Shown here piece after piece: positions 61,966-64,000 of a DNA stretch of 64,000 nucleotides. Where the stretch lies: positions 30,176,203-30,240,202 of the forward strand of contig NC_068990.1 of the NCBI RefSeq assembly GCF_001194135.2, given 5' to 3'. The translations under genes and the position numbers were made by a program. Within the stretch, counting starts at the first letter, position 1; each line of letters begins with the position of its first letter. Origin of the DNA: Octopus bimaculoides (Eukaryota). Under the pieces are notes generated by a model, which saw only the letters and a program-made list of their open reading frames with translations, ran no database searches and was not told the origin of the DNA.

Positions 61966-62855
61966 CATGCATACATATATACACATGCCTACACACAGAC
62001 ACACGCACACACATAATGAAACCTTCCTAGATTCTTAACCAAGAGCTGAAACCTAGCCTCCATTTATCTACCGGTTGTTTTTCTATTCTCCATAATTGCA
62101 CTCAGAAATTTAGGAGAGCTAGCTACCACACTTTGTTACAGTTCTATTGTTTGAGTTAACATTCTGAGGTTAAATATGGTTGAGGCAGACAATACACAGA
62201 AAATCCTTTATCTAGCCTGACTTAATTTAGTTAACAGGAAATATAAATATGGAACACAAATTTGGTTCTTGCTTCTTTTATTTGGTACCAATGGAGGAAG
62301 TACCTTATACAAGGGCCTACACAACTCCATTCTCACCATCACCCTTTTGTAAGGAAACACAGCCACACATGAAAAAGGAAACCTTTTTAGAATGAGTCAA
62401 ACAGATTTTAAACAGGTTTTCTTTGAACGAACAATTTCATCTGCTATGACAATTCTTATTTATCTTTTATGACAGTTTTTTTTTTTTTGTCTTTGAAATT
62501 CTATCCATTTTGCGGATGAAAGAATGAAAGTCAAAATCGACCTCGACTTTCATCCTTTCAGGGTCGATCACTGGGTTCGACGTTATTGACTTCTCCCTCC
62601 CTTCAAAATTGCTGGCCTTGTGCCAAAAACTAGAAAGAATTATCATTGGCGACCTACCTCCACTTTCACTATAGGTGGTGTCAGTGCATCCTTTTTCGAA
62701 ACATAGGTACCACATATTGAGTATATCTTCTGAGGAAGAAGAGTAAGCTGCTTCCCAGTACAAAATGCATCCTTCTTCGAATAATATGCGAAACTATAAA
62801 AGACCATGGAGGAATACAACACGAAAAGCTTAGTGAAAATATTACGGAAGGACAT
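59830..62855 (-). CDS. PEBP4: PEBP4-like phosphatidylethanolamine-binding protein with signal peptide and hydrophobic C-tail, multi-exon
   Basis: Spliced pieces read ...TPPIVKVE | RVPKHEAKKYILIMIDPDRFPDSKWVWLHWMKTNIP | ... | YEAPKQTSGVYRIQFLLYQQ. They follow the recalled PEBP4 pattern PIVKF...YILVMVDPDAP...HWLVTDI...YQAPSP...GFHRYQFFVY. The middle exon is unresolved and an N gap lies inside the gene. Confidence 0.8.
60300..60962. other. Assembly gap inside the PEBP4-like gene
   Basis: N run; could hide an exon. Confidence 1.
60984..61084 (-). CDS. Candidate PEBP4-like middle exon (D)MFRRLQMVPSKGIGDVDKDVIFSSGKYIGTNLT, phase 1 to 0 (incompatible with neighbours)
   Basis: TTCTTTTATTTCCAAG acceptor, ACC|GTAAGA donor, open frame. 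Its tail resembles the recalled PEBP4 segment GKIQGQELS. Confidence 0.5.
61312..61690 (+). mobile_element. LINE 3'-end fragment with two C2H2-like zinc fingers, antisense in a PEBP4-like intron
   Basis: CVTCQKTCKTIYGLKERHMLVH and CHLCFKPCQSAAGFKSHLRSH, followed by a short tail and TATG-rich sequence, as in non-LTR elements with terminal zinc fingers. Confidence 0.55.
61789..61896 (-). CDS. PEBP4-like exon with DPD and HW motifs (phase 0 to 0)
   Basis: TTTTCCTTCAG acceptor, CCA|GTAAGT donor, 36 open codons. Confidence 0.88.
62520..62640 (+). mobile_element. Family B SINE (partial), directly beside the PEBP4-like exon 1 donor
   Basis: GACTTTCATCCTTTCAGGGTCGAT...GCTGGCCTTGTGCCAAAA. Confidence 0.75.
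62658..62855 (-). CDS. PEBP4-like first coding exon: MSFRNIFTKLFVLYSSMVFYSFA (signal peptide-like) ... CGTYVSKKDALTPPIVKVE
   Basis: ATG at 62855; GAG|GTAGGT donor in phase 0, matching exon 61896. Confidence 0.75.
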
Positions 62856-63541
62856 AATGATTACTTTTCATCTTTCACAATGACTTGCATCGATTTATTT
62901 CAATATTTTCGAAAAAGCTTCTATCAATGTAACCACTACTGTAGATATTGTTATTATTGCCTAAACTATAACCTTATAGCGAAAATTTCCTTCTTTATTT
63001 TTAAAATAAAGTTCATATTCCTTTGAGTAATGCCTTCCGTTTTGTAACATTCGGTTGTCATTCAAGATGGACGACGAAACTGATAAGCGTTTGCGTTTGA
63101 GTACAACGTATTGTTTTTAAACTGCTGATATCTATCAAGTGAATGCGTTGTATTAAGTACTTTGAATTTAATTCTAGCTCAGCATTAGATCAAACCTTGC
63201 CTAATTAATAGCACCACCTGGGGTTGAAGTCTTTAAACTCACATTTAAGCCATGTTATGTTGCTCCACAGCTCACTTTATTATTGACGTGGATGCTCCAT
63301 CTGATGTTGAAAAGTCTTATTTTCTTATATTGCTAGATACCAAGAGAAATCCGTCTGTCGAAAGACACAATATGGCTATTTATGCACCTTTTCTTTTCCA
63401 ATCTTGATAATTACATTTTTCACGTATATAACGTAGATAGGGTTCAAGCTGTGTCCCCCTTGAAGCATATCTGCTTGTTCCAGTACTCCAAATCCGTATG
63501 TAACTTATGTTTATGTGAGGTATGCATAAGAGTTGAAAAAT

Positions 63542-63596
<55 letters not shown>

Positions 63597-63604
<8 letters not shown>

Positions 63605-63741
63605 ACAGGCTTCTTTCAGTTTCTGTCTACCAAATCCACTCACAAGGCTTTGGTCGGCCCGAAACTATAGTTGAAGACTCATACCCAAGATTGCCCGCAG
63701 TGGGACTGAACCCGGAACCATGTGGTTGGTAAGCAAGCTAC
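63597..63741 (-). mobile_element. Family A SINE 5' half
   Basis: CCAAATCCACTCACAAGGCTTTGGTCGG...GGGACTGAACCCGGAACCATGTGGTTGG. Confidence 0.85.
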
Positions 63742-64000
63742 TTTATTTCATTTCAATTTGCCATAAAGGCAGTACACAGAGAGTAGCTACGGGCTGAACA
63801 AAAACATTAATGAGATGAAATGGATGATAAATATGATGGTATAATGAGAGAAGGCAAAAACCGCCCGCCGAACTTTGCTTCTCTATAACACTGTTATAAA
63901 TTAAGGCATTTGCCTCTTACGATTTTTCATTACACAATATGAGGCACTCGTCCTCTTACGTCTTTTCGCCCGATATAGCCTTCGCTTCTCTCAAGCAAAA

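Overview
Eukaryotic, AT-rich, repeat-dense genomic DNA with several N gaps. The SINE, MITE and microsatellite content points to an octopus-type (coleoid cephalopod) genome; this is an inference, not a database match. Two convergent protein-coding genes can be reconstructed by hand from splice sites and reading phase. (1) On the + strand, a roughly 51-kb, 14-exon ITPRID/SSFA2(KRAP)/TESPA1-family gene of about 1020 aa. It has the IP3-receptor-binding motif (NPEEILRSLGFG...RIPQRF), the SAQSDSSGY motif and a C-terminal SSFA2_C-like coiled coil. All junctions from 8062 to 54582 are phase-consistent GT-AG. (2) On the - strand, a PEBP4-like gene with a signal peptide, DPD/HW motifs and a GPI-signal-like tail; its middle exon does not fit in phase. 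The introns hold at least four SINE-like families, TTAA-flanked piggyBac-like MITEs, two complementary Tc1/mariner remnants, degraded LINE pieces and tandem repeats. I see no CRISPR array, rRNA, intact tRNA or intact autonomous transposon, and no clear-cut new multi-gene system. The strongest leads are the unusual splice module at 25199-25919 of the ITPRID-like gene (a 488-nt fully open 'intron' whose stop codon is its own candidate 3' splice site) and the apparently membrane-anchored, motif-divergent PEBP4-like protein with off-by-one exon phases. Repeat coordinates are approximate (about 10-20 nt).
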